Shown in pieces: positions 1 through 8,140 of a stretch of 15,284 nt of DNA. How positions within the stretch are numbered: the first letter of the stretch is position 1; each line of letters begins with the position of its first letter. The stretch comes from Candidatus Micrarchaeia archaeon (GTDB lineage Archaea; Micrarchaeota; Micrarchaeia; Micrarchaeales; CABMGC01): contig JBMFHL010000015.1 of the NCBI GenBank assembly GCA_049976845.1, positions 1 through 15,284 of the forward strand, given 5' to 3'. The notes beneath the pieces were generated by a model. It saw nothing but the letters and a program-made list of their open reading frames with translations. It searched no databases and was not told where the DNA came from. The translations under genes and the position numbers were made by a program.

Positions 1-1
1 T

Positions 2-67
2 GAGGTGAATGGAAAGAAGATATTTGAACTGGAAATTTCAGAGGGCGAGCATCTTGACAAATCCTAA
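2..67 (+). CDS. Possible 3' end of an ORF entering from the left (...EVNGKKIFELEISEGEHLDKS*)
   Basis: Frame 2 is open from the window edge to TAA at 65-67. Too short to assign a product. Confidence 0.3.
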   Translation, partial: EVNGKKIFELEISEGEHLDKS

Positions 68-299
68 TCCCTGCTTTGCTAATTGAGGAAGGTGTAATAT
101 TAAAGAGCCAAGCAAGAGGAAATGGGTAAAGTTGTCTTAGGGCCTATGATTTCGGCAGTAGAGTACAGAATTATAAAAAGGCGATAAACAACGGAAGCGG
201 TAAAATTTTAACTCCGTATTCATTCTTTTCTTCTACGATCGTCTTTTTACTCAAAATGATTTTATTTTTTACATCATATTTAAATGTTTTGATATTACA

Positions 300-375
300 G
301 GCTTTGTTGATTTAGTAAGATTTTTTCAACAAAAATCAGACTTTATCAACAAAATTTGACTTTTTCAACAAAGCC
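300..375. mobile_element. 76-bp MITE / minimal non-autonomous IS element, IS5 family IS903-group-like
   Basis: Perfect 11-bp terminal inverted repeats GGCTTTGTTGA (300-310) and TCAACAAAGCC (365-375). Flanked by an exact 9-bp direct repeat GATATTACA (291-299 and 376-384). The right end read inward, GGCTTTGTTGAAAAAGTC, matches the IS903 IR GGCTTTGTTGAATAAATC (recalled) at 16/18, and IS903 makes 9-bp duplications. Confidence 0.85.
319..375 (+). repeat. Three tandem 18-20 bp repeats with core GA(C/T)TTT(T/A)TCAACAAA inside the MITE
   Basis: Units are gattttttcaacaaaaatca (319-338), gactttatcaacaaaattt (339-357) and gactttttcaacaaagcc (358-375). Confidence 0.9.
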
Positions 376-632
376 GATATTACAGTATCAAGTCTATAGA
401 GGCACTAACTAAGTGCAAATTCTTGCATATACCTTTGTAGATCTGTTCCGCAACGCCTATTTTACAGTTGATTGGCAGCAACCAAAAACCTTTTCTGTAA
501 AAAAGCATCAAATACCATATAATAGTGAATACAGAAAAGAAGGAATCGTTGTAGCAAAGCCTTCTACTTTAATACAATTACTCTTTTTCTCTAAGATCCA
601 TTCATGGTCTGAAAAAAAATCAAAAGAAAAAA

Positions 633-1316
633 TCAAGCTCCGTTTAGCATCAATTGCATAAGCCTAGAGGTTTGTGGAACCACTGTCATATTTACACTTG
701 GGTTCATTTCTACTCCTACTATCAATAAAACGTTGTTTTTGTATCCAAGTGCTTCTGTACCTGAAGGCTCAACAATATACTCCCCCCCATTATATTGGGT
801 TACATTAGGTGACACCAAAGATAAAGCGGAGAATAACTTCGATACATTGCCCTGGCTCTTGAACTGGAGAGCGCCTACTCTTATAACTCCAAATGAAGAG
901 TTAGTATAATTCTCTAATTCTGCAGACTCTAAGCCGTAGGCAGCAAATTCCTGCACGGAACTATTAGTTTTTGATATGCTTACGAGAGGAGATGCCACAA
1001 ATTTGGCATTATAAATTGAGCTTATCTGAGCAGCGGAGGGGAAGCTTGCGCTTGCACTTGATGACGATAAGGAGAAAACTGCCGCAATTATTATAAGTAC
1101 TATAACAGCTCCAGCTATCAGTCCAGTTTTACTGGAAAACTTAAGCTTAGGTTTAGTGGTAGTGCCTGCACCTTTTGCATTCGGTTGCGCTTGAGCTTGC
1201 GTTTGTGGTTGCATTTGAGCAGCACCAGTATTCATTTGATTTTGTATTGGCTGCGTATTCATGCTCGCATTTCCTGTGCTTCCGGCATTCGGAGCACCAG
1301 CATTGTTGTTGTCCAT
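633..1316 (-). CDS. Hypothetical single-pass membrane protein (~227 aa): Q/N/A-rich low-complexity N-terminal tail, one TM helix, probably glycosylated extracellular domain
   Basis: ORF track gives 633..1433. Start re-placed at ATG 1316 (MDNNNAG), which has TTTAAAT boxes upstream. TM segment LIAGAVIVLIIIAAVFSL follows basic residues. Several N-x-S/T sequons follow it (NSS, NYT, NVS, NVT, NMT). Confidence 0.75.
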   Translation of the reverse strand: MDNNNAGAPNAGSTGNASMNTQPIQNQMNTGAAQMQPQTQAQAQPNAKGAGTTTKPKLKFSSKTGLIAGAVIVLIIIAAVFSLSSSSASASFPSAAQISSIYNAKFVASPLVSISKTNSSVQEFAAYGLESAELENYTNSSFGVIRVGALQFKSQGNVSKLFSALSLVSPNVTQYNGGEYIVEPSGTEALGYKNNVLLIVGVEMNPSVNMTVVPQTSRLMQLMLNGA

Positions 1317-1507
1317 TTTGCCATCTCTTAAATGCTTACGATTTAAATCTGCAAATTTAAATATCTTCTGTAATACTTTCCTGTTATTCAAAAATCCTCT
1401 TGCTGAAGCTGCTGCAACTCTATTCATTCGCAAAAGCAGGGTAATAACATATGGCTTGTTTGCACAAAGTATAATAAAATAACAGTATAGTATATCTATG
1501 TGGTTGC

Positions 1508-2710
1508 ATGTTCCTCTCCAATCTTAGCAGGTTTGCTTCAAGCCCGATACGCGAGGAAGACAGCATAGCCGCAGATCTTCTGAAGAAAGGAAAAAAAGTA
1601 ATAAAGCTAAATACCGGAGATCCTGCAAAATATTTTAAAACCCCTGAGCGTGTCATAAATGCGTACATAGCTGCGCTTAAGAAAAATGATACCTACTACT
1701 CTGATTCGCAAGGCTTGCTTTTGCTTAGGGAAGCGATAGCGCAGAGGCATGCAGAATTATACAACTTGAATATAGGTGCCGAAAGAATCTTGATAACGCA
1801 GGGCATAAGCGAGGCCCTGCAGTTCATAAACATCGCATTGATAGACAGAGGCGACAAGGCAGTTATGGTACGGCCATACTACCCTTCATATATGCCTTAC
1901 ATATCTATTGTCGGTGGAAAGGTGATTTTTGCAGATGCGGATGAGCAAAACAACTGGTCGATAAACACCGACGAGCTGAAGAAGTCTATTAAGGGGGTAA
2001 AAGGCATAAAGTACATGCTGATCACTACGCCAAACAATCCTGCAGGATATGTACTATCCAGGAAAATGCTTTCAGAAATTGTGGATATAGCCAACGATAA
2101 TGACATGTTTTTGATAAGCGACGAGATATACGATGAGCTTGTTTTCAAAGGTGGGTTTACCAGTCTCTCAGAAGTGGCAAAAGGAATACCTTATATGATA
2201 TTAAACGGCATGTCAAAAAACTTCAATGCAACGGGATTCAGGCTTGGCTATATGCTGCTTCCAAATGAAGACGAGAAGAGCACACAGCTGCTCGCCAAGT
2301 TAATAGACCTTGCGCGCATGAGGCTCTCCGCAAATACGCCGGCGCAGTTTGCATTTGCGGAAGGACTGAGAGATCCAAAAGCCCATGCTAAAGAGGTTTC
2401 ATATCTAAGGGAAGCAATAAAAAAGAGGGTGGAGTTCACCGCTAAAAAGGTAAACAAAAGCAGCTACATGCATGCGGTTATGCCAAGCGGTGCATTCTAT
2501 GTATTTCCAAAAATCACGATGGAAAAGCTCGCGCTGGGTAGCGATAAGGAGTTTGTGAGCAAGCTGCTTCTTGAGGATTATGTGCAAGTTACAAGGGGTT
2601 CTGGCTTCGGCATGCCTGGGCACATACGCATAGTGGCATTGCCAAGCACAGATGTTCTCGGGGAAGCAATAGAAAAGATCGAAGGGTTCTGTAAAAGGCA
2701 TTCGAAATGA
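1508..2710 (+). CDS. PLP-dependent aminotransferase class I/II (alanine/aspartate aminotransferase-like)
   Basis: Motifs LNTGDP, YSDSQG, TPNNPAG, ISDEIYDEL, NGMSKNFNATGFRLG (PLP lysine), GAFYVFP and GSGFG..GHIR. GTGGT RBS upstream. Confidence 0.93.
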   Translation: MFLSNLSRFASSPIREEDSIAADLLKKGKKVIKLNTGDPAKYFKTPERVINAYIAALKKNDTYYSDSQGLLLLREAIAQRHAELYNLNIGAERILITQGISEALQFINIALIDRGDKAVMVRPYYPSYMPYISIVGGKVIFADADEQNNWSINTDELKKSIKGVKGIKYMLITTPNNPAGYVLSRKMLSEIVDIANDNDMFLISDEIYDELVFKGGFTSLSEVAKGIPYMILNGMSKNFNATGFRLGYMLLPNEDEKSTQLLAKLIDLARMRLSANTPAQFAFAEGLRDPKAHAKEVSYLREAIKKRVEFTAKKVNKSSYMHAVMPSGAFYVFPKITMEKLALGSDKEFVSKLLLEDYVQVTRGSGFGMPGHIRIVALPSTDVLGEAIEKIEGFCKRHSK

Positions 2711-4482
2711 CAAGCATGCAAGCCGAAGAAATATTAGAAGAGCTGCGTTCTATCAATGCGGAGCTTTACAATAAAGTAGCAAAATACATTGAAATTCTAG
2801 GGCCTGATTCGATTGTATTGATAAAGGGCAGCAAGGAAGAATATAATTCCCTTATCAATGAAATGCTGGAAGCAAAAGAGCTGATAGAGCTCAACAAGGA
2901 AAAATATCCCAGATGCTATTTATATAGAAGTAGCAAGGATGATGTTGCAAGGACAGAGGAGTGCACATACATATGCACCAAAAGCAAAGACGATGTCGGA
3001 CCTACAAACAACTGGGCTGAAGAAGACGAGATGGAGGCGAAGCTTGTTGGCATGCTAAACGGCATGATGAAAGGCAGGACGTTGTATATAGTTCCTTATC
3101 TTCTTGGTCCAGCAAATTCAGGCTTTGCAAGGGCAGGAGTCGAGCTGACGGACAGCAAGTACGTTGTGATAAGCGAGATGATAATAGCAAAGGTTGGCCT
3201 GCAGGCTCTGGAGCACATAAAAAACAGCGATTTTGTTTTTGGAATAAATGCAACAGGCACCATAGATCCGTCAAAAAAATACATCGCCCATTTCCCGAGC
3301 AAGAACTTGCTTATAACAATAAATTCAGCATATGGGGGCAATGCATTGCTGAGCAAGAAAAACCATGCACTTCGCATAGCAAGCTATCAGGCCAAAAACA
3401 TCGGAATGCTTGTGGAGCACATGATGAGCATAGAGGTTATAGATCCAGATGGCAACAGCTACGGAGTAGCAGGGGCGTTCCCGAGCTCAAGCGGCAAGAC
3501 AAATCTCGCTATGCTCAGACCACCGAACGGCTATGAGCATTGGAAGGTAAAGCTCCTTAGCGATGATATAACATGGATGCTGCTTTCAGAAAGCAAGCTA
3601 ATGGCTACAAATCCAGAATATGGTTTCTTTGGAGTGGTGCCAGGTACTAATGAATTTACAAACCCGAATGCCATGAGGACTATAACGCACGACACCATAT
3701 TTACAAATGTCGCGTTGAACCTTGAGAATAATACACCATGGTGGGAAGGGCTGAGCAGCGAGAGGCCAGAGAATATTTTAGACTGGCAAGGAAACAAAAA
3801 TACGCCTGGCACTGCGGCGCATCCTAATTCAAGGTTTACCTCTCCAGTAAGCCAGTATCCTGAACTTTCTGAGAGCAACGGCTCTGCAGTTGGGCTTGGC
3901 ATGCATGCGCTGCTATTTGGGGGCAGGAGGAAAAGCCTTATACCCCTAGTATATGAATCCTACAGCATTGAGCATGGGGTGCTTGTAGGCGCAATGCTAA
4001 GAGCAGAGAGCACCGCTGCAACAGTGGGCAAAGTCGGTATAATAAAAAACGACCCTATGGCAATGCGTCCATTCTGTGGATATAACATGGCAGACTACTT
4101 TGACCACATGAGGAATATACTAAGCAAAACCGAGCCAAGAATAAGAATATTTAACGTTAATTGGTTCCGCACAAACGATGAAGGAAAATTCATATGGCCG
4201 GGATTCAGCGACAACATGCGTGTTATAAAGTGGGTAGTAGAGAGGGTAAATGGCAAAGCCAAAGGTATTGAAACGCCAATAGGAATAATACCAAGCGCTG
4301 ACGAATTTGACAAAGGTAATATTAGCAGTAGTGACATGGAAATCCTGTTTAGTATAGACAAGGAAGGCTGGCTCAAGGAATTGGAAGAGGTAAAGCCATT
4401 TTTTGAAAGCTTCGGAGATAGACTGCCAAAGTGGCTGTGGGACGAATATTATAGGTTGCAGCATAGGATAGAATCCTACTGA
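2707..4482 (+). CDS. pckG: Phosphoenolpyruvate carboxykinase (GTP)
   Basis: Motifs DVARTE, YGGNALLSKK, EHM, P-loop AFPSSSGKTNLAM, SDDITW, NPEYGFFGV, AHPNSRF, FGGRR, DPMAMRPFCGYNM and VNWFR...FIWPGF. ATGA overlap with the upstream stop. Confidence 0.97.
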   Translation: MTSMQAEEILEELRSINAELYNKVAKYIEILGPDSIVLIKGSKEEYNSLINEMLEAKELIELNKEKYPRCYLYRSSKDDVARTEECTYICTKSKDDVGPTNNWAEEDEMEAKLVGMLNGMMKGRTLYIVPYLLGPANSGFARAGVELTDSKYVVISEMIIAKVGLQALEHIKNSDFVFGINATGTIDPSKKYIAHFPSKNLLITINSAYGGNALLSKKNHALRIASYQAKNIGMLVEHMMSIEVIDPDGNSYGVAGAFPSSSGKTNLAMLRPPNGYEHWKVKLLSDDITWMLLSESKLMATNPEYGFFGVVPGTNEFTNPNAMRTITHDTIFTNVALNLENNTPWWEGLSSERPENILDWQGNKNTPGTAAHPNSRFTSPVSQYPELSESNGSAVGLGMHALLFGGRRKSLIPLVYESYSIEHGVLVGAMLRAESTAATVGKVGIIKNDPMAMRPFCGYNMADYFDHMRNILSKTEPRIRIFNVNWFRTNDEGKFIWPGFSDNMRVIKWVVERVNGKAKGIETPIGIIPSADEFDKGNISSSDMEILFSIDKEGWLKELEEVKPFFESFGDRLPKWLWDEYYRLQHRIESY

Positions 4483-4493
4483 CAAAATATAGC

Positions 4494-4549
4494 AATGCAT
4501 AATTTTGCATTCTAAACAACAACGAGCAATGCAATTGTTATTATGCATT
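4494..4549. terminator. Imperfect long hairpin between convergent genes (possible bidirectional terminator)
   Basis: AATGCATAAT (4494-4503) pairs with ATTATGCATT (4540-4549). Inner TTGCATT (4505-4511) pairs with AATGCAA (4528-4534). Confidence 0.4.
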
Positions 4550-4561
4550 AAGCTTATTTGC

Positions 4562-5254
4562 TCATATACTCCCAAGCCTTGCCTTTATCTCTTCTAAGCT
4601 TATTTTTGTGGTAAGCAGCGGCACCTTCTCTATCTGTGCTATCTTTATTGCCAGTTTATCTATCTCGTCAATGCCCCTTATTACCACAAGCTTGGGCTTT
4701 ATAGGGGCAACCCTTATGACAACCATTGGCGATCTGCCTGTACTCACTTGATCAAATATGAAAGCCCTCTCATTAGTGGTGCCGAAGAGCATCGGATATT
4801 CGGAAGGCGATATCTCTAATATTACCCTGAGGCTATCTAATATAGTATAGCCGAAGAGCTTCGTAGTGTCAAGCAGGTTTGGGTTTGCCACTATCTTAGC
4901 ATCTATCATCCTTGCAAAATCAACTCCGTCTATAGGGGCCGAGAAATCACGCAATGAGTAATATGGCTCCTCTTTTTCCTTCGGTATATTGAACTTCTCC
5001 AAGTTCCTAACTACCTCTCCACCTCTCTGTTCATCTATAGTAAATATTGAGTTTACAAACCTCTTTATGACCCCTGTGCCTGGGCTCATCCTTCTGTTGC
5101 CCTCATAATCGCTTATTGTCGAGGTAGATATCTTGAGGTATTTTGAGAGCTCGACCTGCGAAATGCCAAAAAGTTCTCTCCACTTTTTCATCGTACTGCC
5201 AGGGCTGTCTGACAATGCAATCTCACCAGCAATCCTCTCTTGTAAGCTGTCCAT
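4562..5254 (-). CDS. Archaeal XRE/Cro HTH transcriptional regulator (COG1709-type)
   Basis: N-terminal IAGEIALSDSPGSTMKKWRELFGISQVELSKYLKISTSTISDYEGNRR.SPG HTH. C-terminal GYTILDS...ERAFIF.QVSTGRSPMVVIRV..IKP is characteristic of this archaeal family. Confidence 0.9.
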   Translation of the reverse strand: MDSLQERIAGEIALSDSPGSTMKKWRELFGISQVELSKYLKISTSTISDYEGNRRMSPGTGVIKRFVNSIFTIDEQRGGEVVRNLEKFNIPKEKEEPYYSLRDFSAPIDGVDFARMIDAKIVANPNLLDTTKLFGYTILDSLRVILEISPSEYPMLFGTTNERAFIFDQVSTGRSPMVVIRVAPIKPKLVVIRGIDEIDKLAIKIAQIEKVPLLTTKISLEEIKARLGSI

Positions 5255-5276
5255 GAAAAATATTTGACATTCAAGC

Positions 5277-5296
5277 TTAATAAACCTTTCGACGAA
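5277..5296 (-). promoter_or_regulatory. BRE-TATA promoter of the HTH regulator (probably leaderless) with overlapping palindrome TTCG-N-CGAA
   Basis: Minus strand reads CGAAAGG-TTTATTAA, with the TATA 23-30 nt upstream of ATG 5254. Palindrome ttcgacgaa at 5288-5296. Confidence 0.5.
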
Positions 5297-5396
5297 CTGC
5301 GATTAGACAAAAGTGAACTAACAGAAAAATATTTATAGATTCTCTACCAAATCTCTCCAACTGCAGATAAAACGCATCTCACTCCCCTGAGTACCT

Positions 5397-6131
5397 TTAT
5401 CTGCCTTTTCCTTTTCTTCCAGCCTTTTGCTTCCTTTTCTTTTTATTTTCTTTTCTAACCTCAATCTCCTCCTGCCTGTTATTACTCATTGCTTCATCAT
5501 CTTTGCCTATTGGCCCCTTTGCCTTTGATTTCCTTATTACTCCAAAAGCAATAATACCTATGCCAGAAATGAAAAGTATGCCTACAAGCGTGCTGTCATA
5601 AACTATACTCCCAACTTTTTGGTAGATATTATTATTCACAGTTTCTATTACTGTCACATTCGCCTCTTTATTGCCGAAATTCTGCAATATTAAATAATAT
5701 GTGCCATTGGCATAATCATTTGGGCTTGCAGAATATGCAGGTTTGCCTATATTTATTGTGGAATTGCTTGCATACAACCCATTGCTGAAAATGCCAAAGG
5801 TAGAATTAAGATATACGCCCAATGTGCCATTGCCCTCAAGCATTAAAACCATTTGCCTCAATTTGTATGAATTCTTTATTATTGCAATGGCATCTACATA
5901 GGCTGGCGAATTTATTATATAAGCGTCTATTGGCTCGGTTGAATTGTATGTCAGCGTGACGAGCGACGATTGATTCACTTGAAACGCCGTGGAAGAGGTC
6001 ATGTTTGGCGCAAGCACAATCCCAATATTACTGAATGTGGGTATCTGGAAAAGATAAGATGAATAGAAAAATGCTGCCACTAAAGAGAGCAGTATAAGAA
6101 CAATACCAGAATAAACAATCCTTTTGTCCAT
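5397..6131 (-). CDS. Hypothetical membrane protein (~244 aa): two TM helices flanking an N-glycosylated extracellular domain, with a basic C-terminal tail
   Basis: Start re-placed at ATG 6131 (MDKRIVYSG), preceded by GTGGT. TM segments IVYSGIVLILLSLVAAFFY and LVGILFISGIGIIAFGVI. About 8 N-x-S/T sequons and a K/R-rich tail. Confidence 0.8.
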   Translation of the reverse strand: MDKRIVYSGIVLILLSLVAAFFYSSYLFQIPTFSNIGIVLAPNMTSSTAFQVNQSSLVTLTYNSTEPIDAYIINSPAYVDAIAIIKNSYKLRQMVLMLEGNGTLGVYLNSTFGIFSNGLYASNSTINIGKPAYSASPNDYANGTYYLILQNFGNKEANVTVIETVNNNIYQKVGSIVYDSTLVGILFISGIGIIAFGVIRKSKAKGPIGKDDEAMSNNRQEEIEVRKENKKKRKQKAGRKGKGR

Positions 6132-6269
6132 AATACCACTAATGCCATATGTCCGCACATTCTAATACTACCATCTTTGCTGCTGCCATACTTTTCTTTT
6201 TACTGCTGCTATCCTTTACTATTACTATAAGTTTAAATATTTTTAAACTATTATAATCGTGGTGTTTTT

Positions 6270-7013
6270 TTGGTAGACTTGATAAAAACTGGCATAGAAG
6301 GCCTTGATGCAATTTTATATGGAGGCATCCCAGATGGCAACCAAATAATCCTAGCCGGAGGTCCAGGTGCAGGCAAGACCCTTTTGTCATTTGAATTCCT
6401 ATATAGGAATGCGAAGATGGGGAATCCCGGAGTATTCTTCGCACTCGAAGAGAATGCAAAGGCTATAATAGAAAATGCTAAGTCTGCATTTAAAACTTTC
6501 ACAGATATAGATGATTTGATCGCAGATGGCAAGCTTATAATAAACAGTGAGGATCCAACATCGCATCTGCAGCAGAGCAGTGATTCCTCTTCATATGAAT
6601 TTGGAAAGGTAGTCTCTGACATAGAGGGTATAGTTTCATCATCGAAGGCCACGAGAGTGGTAATAGACTCACTTTCACTTCTTGACATACTAATAAACGA
6701 CCCTATGGCATACAGGAGATCAATGCTTGCTCTAATAACAAACCTGAAGAGAATGGGGGTTACCTCCATATTGACATCTGAATTATCCACTCCTGAGAAA
6801 TCAAAGCTTGAATTCAGGCCTGAGTTCTTTATATTCGACGGCATAATACTTATGTATCAGATAGGGGAGCAAGACAAAAGATCCCTTGACGTTGAGGTTA
6901 TAAAAATGAGGGGCAACAACCACAGCTTTGTGACAACCCCATATGAGATAACCCCAAAGGGCTTCAAGCTTTTTGCTGCCGAAGCTCCAAAGTCCTACGA
7001 AAACCTTTATTGA
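6270..7013 (+). CDS. Single-domain KaiC/RAD55-like RecA-superfamily ATPase (COG0467)
   Basis: KTGIEGLD..LYGGIP, Walker A GGPGAGKT, catalytic LEE, Walker B RVVIDS, DGII and KMRG. TTG start with GGTG RBS. Confidence 0.93.
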   Translation: MVDLIKTGIEGLDAILYGGIPDGNQIILAGGPGAGKTLLSFEFLYRNAKMGNPGVFFALEENAKAIIENAKSAFKTFTDIDDLIADGKLIINSEDPTSHLQQSSDSSSYEFGKVVSDIEGIVSSSKATRVVIDSLSLLDILINDPMAYRRSMLALITNLKRMGVTSILTSELSTPEKSKLEFRPEFFIFDGIILMYQIGEQDKRSLDVEVIKMRGNNHSFVTTPYEITPKGFKLFAAEAPKSYENLY

Positions 7014-7026
7014 AGATTGGATTGCA

Positions 7027-8103
7027 ATGAATGATAAGATGTTGGGGAGCGACAAAGCGGAACACAAGAATACTTTCAGTAGCAATCCTACAAAAGCAAG
7101 GCTTCTTCTATATGTATCAATTACTGCAATAATAGTGCTGCTTGCGATATCTACTACAATTGAAAGCAAAGGTTCGCAGCTGCAAAGATGCCTCAACGTT
7201 GTGGTGGCGCAGAACAAATATTCATGCTTGGAGAGTCTTGCCCTATCAACTTCCAATGGCTCAATATGCAGTTATCTCCCTGGTTTGCAATCGGCCAGTT
7301 GCTATTCAAGCGTGGCGGAGCAGAGCAATGCAATAAGCTTGTGTTACAATGCGCTGGGTATAAGCAGCGCAATTGGCGCGTCGTGTGTCTCAGAATTTGC
7401 AGCTCAGCAGGGCAATCCAAACCTCTGCAGCAGCCTGCCTCAACAGTATGTATCCAAATGCGCATTTTATGCTTCTATAAATTCATCAGATGTGCATGGT
7501 TGCTCATTGGTCAGCGGAGCCAACAATTCAATATGTGTTTCCTCAATAAACGTAATCAATGCGCTTAAATATAACAATCCAGCATTGTGCATGAATGTGT
7601 CTAACAGTACAAATGAAACAACAATCTTCAGCATACTCCAATATTCAAAAGTGAAAATGAATGCCTCTCTAGAAAGCCTGCAAATCTCAATGCCTTCTTC
7701 AGGATACAATATCACAGCCCGTGATTTGTGCACAATATCTGTTGCAGAAAAATCGGGCGCAGCTAGCTATTGCTCAGGCATCAGCAATTCAGAAATAAAG
7801 GGAATATGCTATGGGCTTGTTTCGCCAGCTCCAGTAACTGCTCCAAATTATACTGCAATGCTTGCAAGCTGCGAGAGCTCCGGCAGTTTCGCTGGCACCT
7901 GCAGGAATATGGTCCTACTTTCAGAGGCGGTCGCAACTAAAAATATATCAATATGCAGGGGCTTTAACGAAACCTTCTCATGGCAATGCTTCTCTTCCCT
8001 TGCACAATACTACAAGAATCCCAGCTACTGTGGTTTTATAAGCAACTCCACCGTTAACAATGCCTGCATGATGTCTGCAGGATACAATCTTACTGTGGGG
8101 TAG
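7027..8103 (+). CDS. Membrane-anchored extracellular Cys-repeat protein (~358 aa, 20 Cys)
   Basis: Start re-placed at ATG 7027, after the ATPase stop. TM segment LLLYVSITAIIVLLAIS, repeated C-x4-A-x4-N-x3-C units and many sequons. Confidence 0.85.
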   Translation: MNDKMLGSDKAEHKNTFSSNPTKARLLLYVSITAIIVLLAISTTIESKGSQLQRCLNVVVAQNKYSCLESLALSTSNGSICSYLPGLQSASCYSSVAEQSNAISLCYNALGISSAIGASCVSEFAAQQGNPNLCSSLPQQYVSKCAFYASINSSDVHGCSLVSGANNSICVSSINVINALKYNNPALCMNVSNSTNETTIFSILQYSKVKMNASLESLQISMPSSGYNITARDLCTISVAEKSGAASYCSGISNSEIKGICYGLVSPAPVTAPNYTAMLASCESSGSFAGTCRNMVLLSEAVATKNISICRGFNETFSWQCFSSLAQYYKNPSYCGFISNSTVNNACMMSAGYNLTVG

Positions 8104-8140
8104 TGTCTGCTAAGCCATAATGCAATAAAATAGTGAATAT

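Noticed and set aside
122..187. 21-aa ORF MGKVVLGPMISAVEYRIIKRR
   Set aside because: Too short to distinguish from chance.
319..375. CRISPR array or replication iterons
   Set aside because: The repeats abut with no spacers and no cas or rep gene is nearby. Terminal IRs plus a 9-bp duplication explain them as a MITE.
413..661. 82-aa + strand ORF
   Set aside because: GTG start with no clear RBS, no recognisable motif, and it overlaps the convergent gene's end. At best a remnant.
6149..6256. 35-aa hydrophobic ORF MSAHSNTTIFAAAILFFLLLLSFTITISLNIFKLL
   Set aside because: It overlaps the probable divergent TATA boxes, and T-rich DNA gives hydrophobic peptides by chance. It cannot be fully excluded without ribosome profiling.
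6270..7013. Circadian clock KaiC
   Set aside because: Single domain, no S/T phosphosites before DGII (EFFIFDGII), and no kaiA or kaiB.
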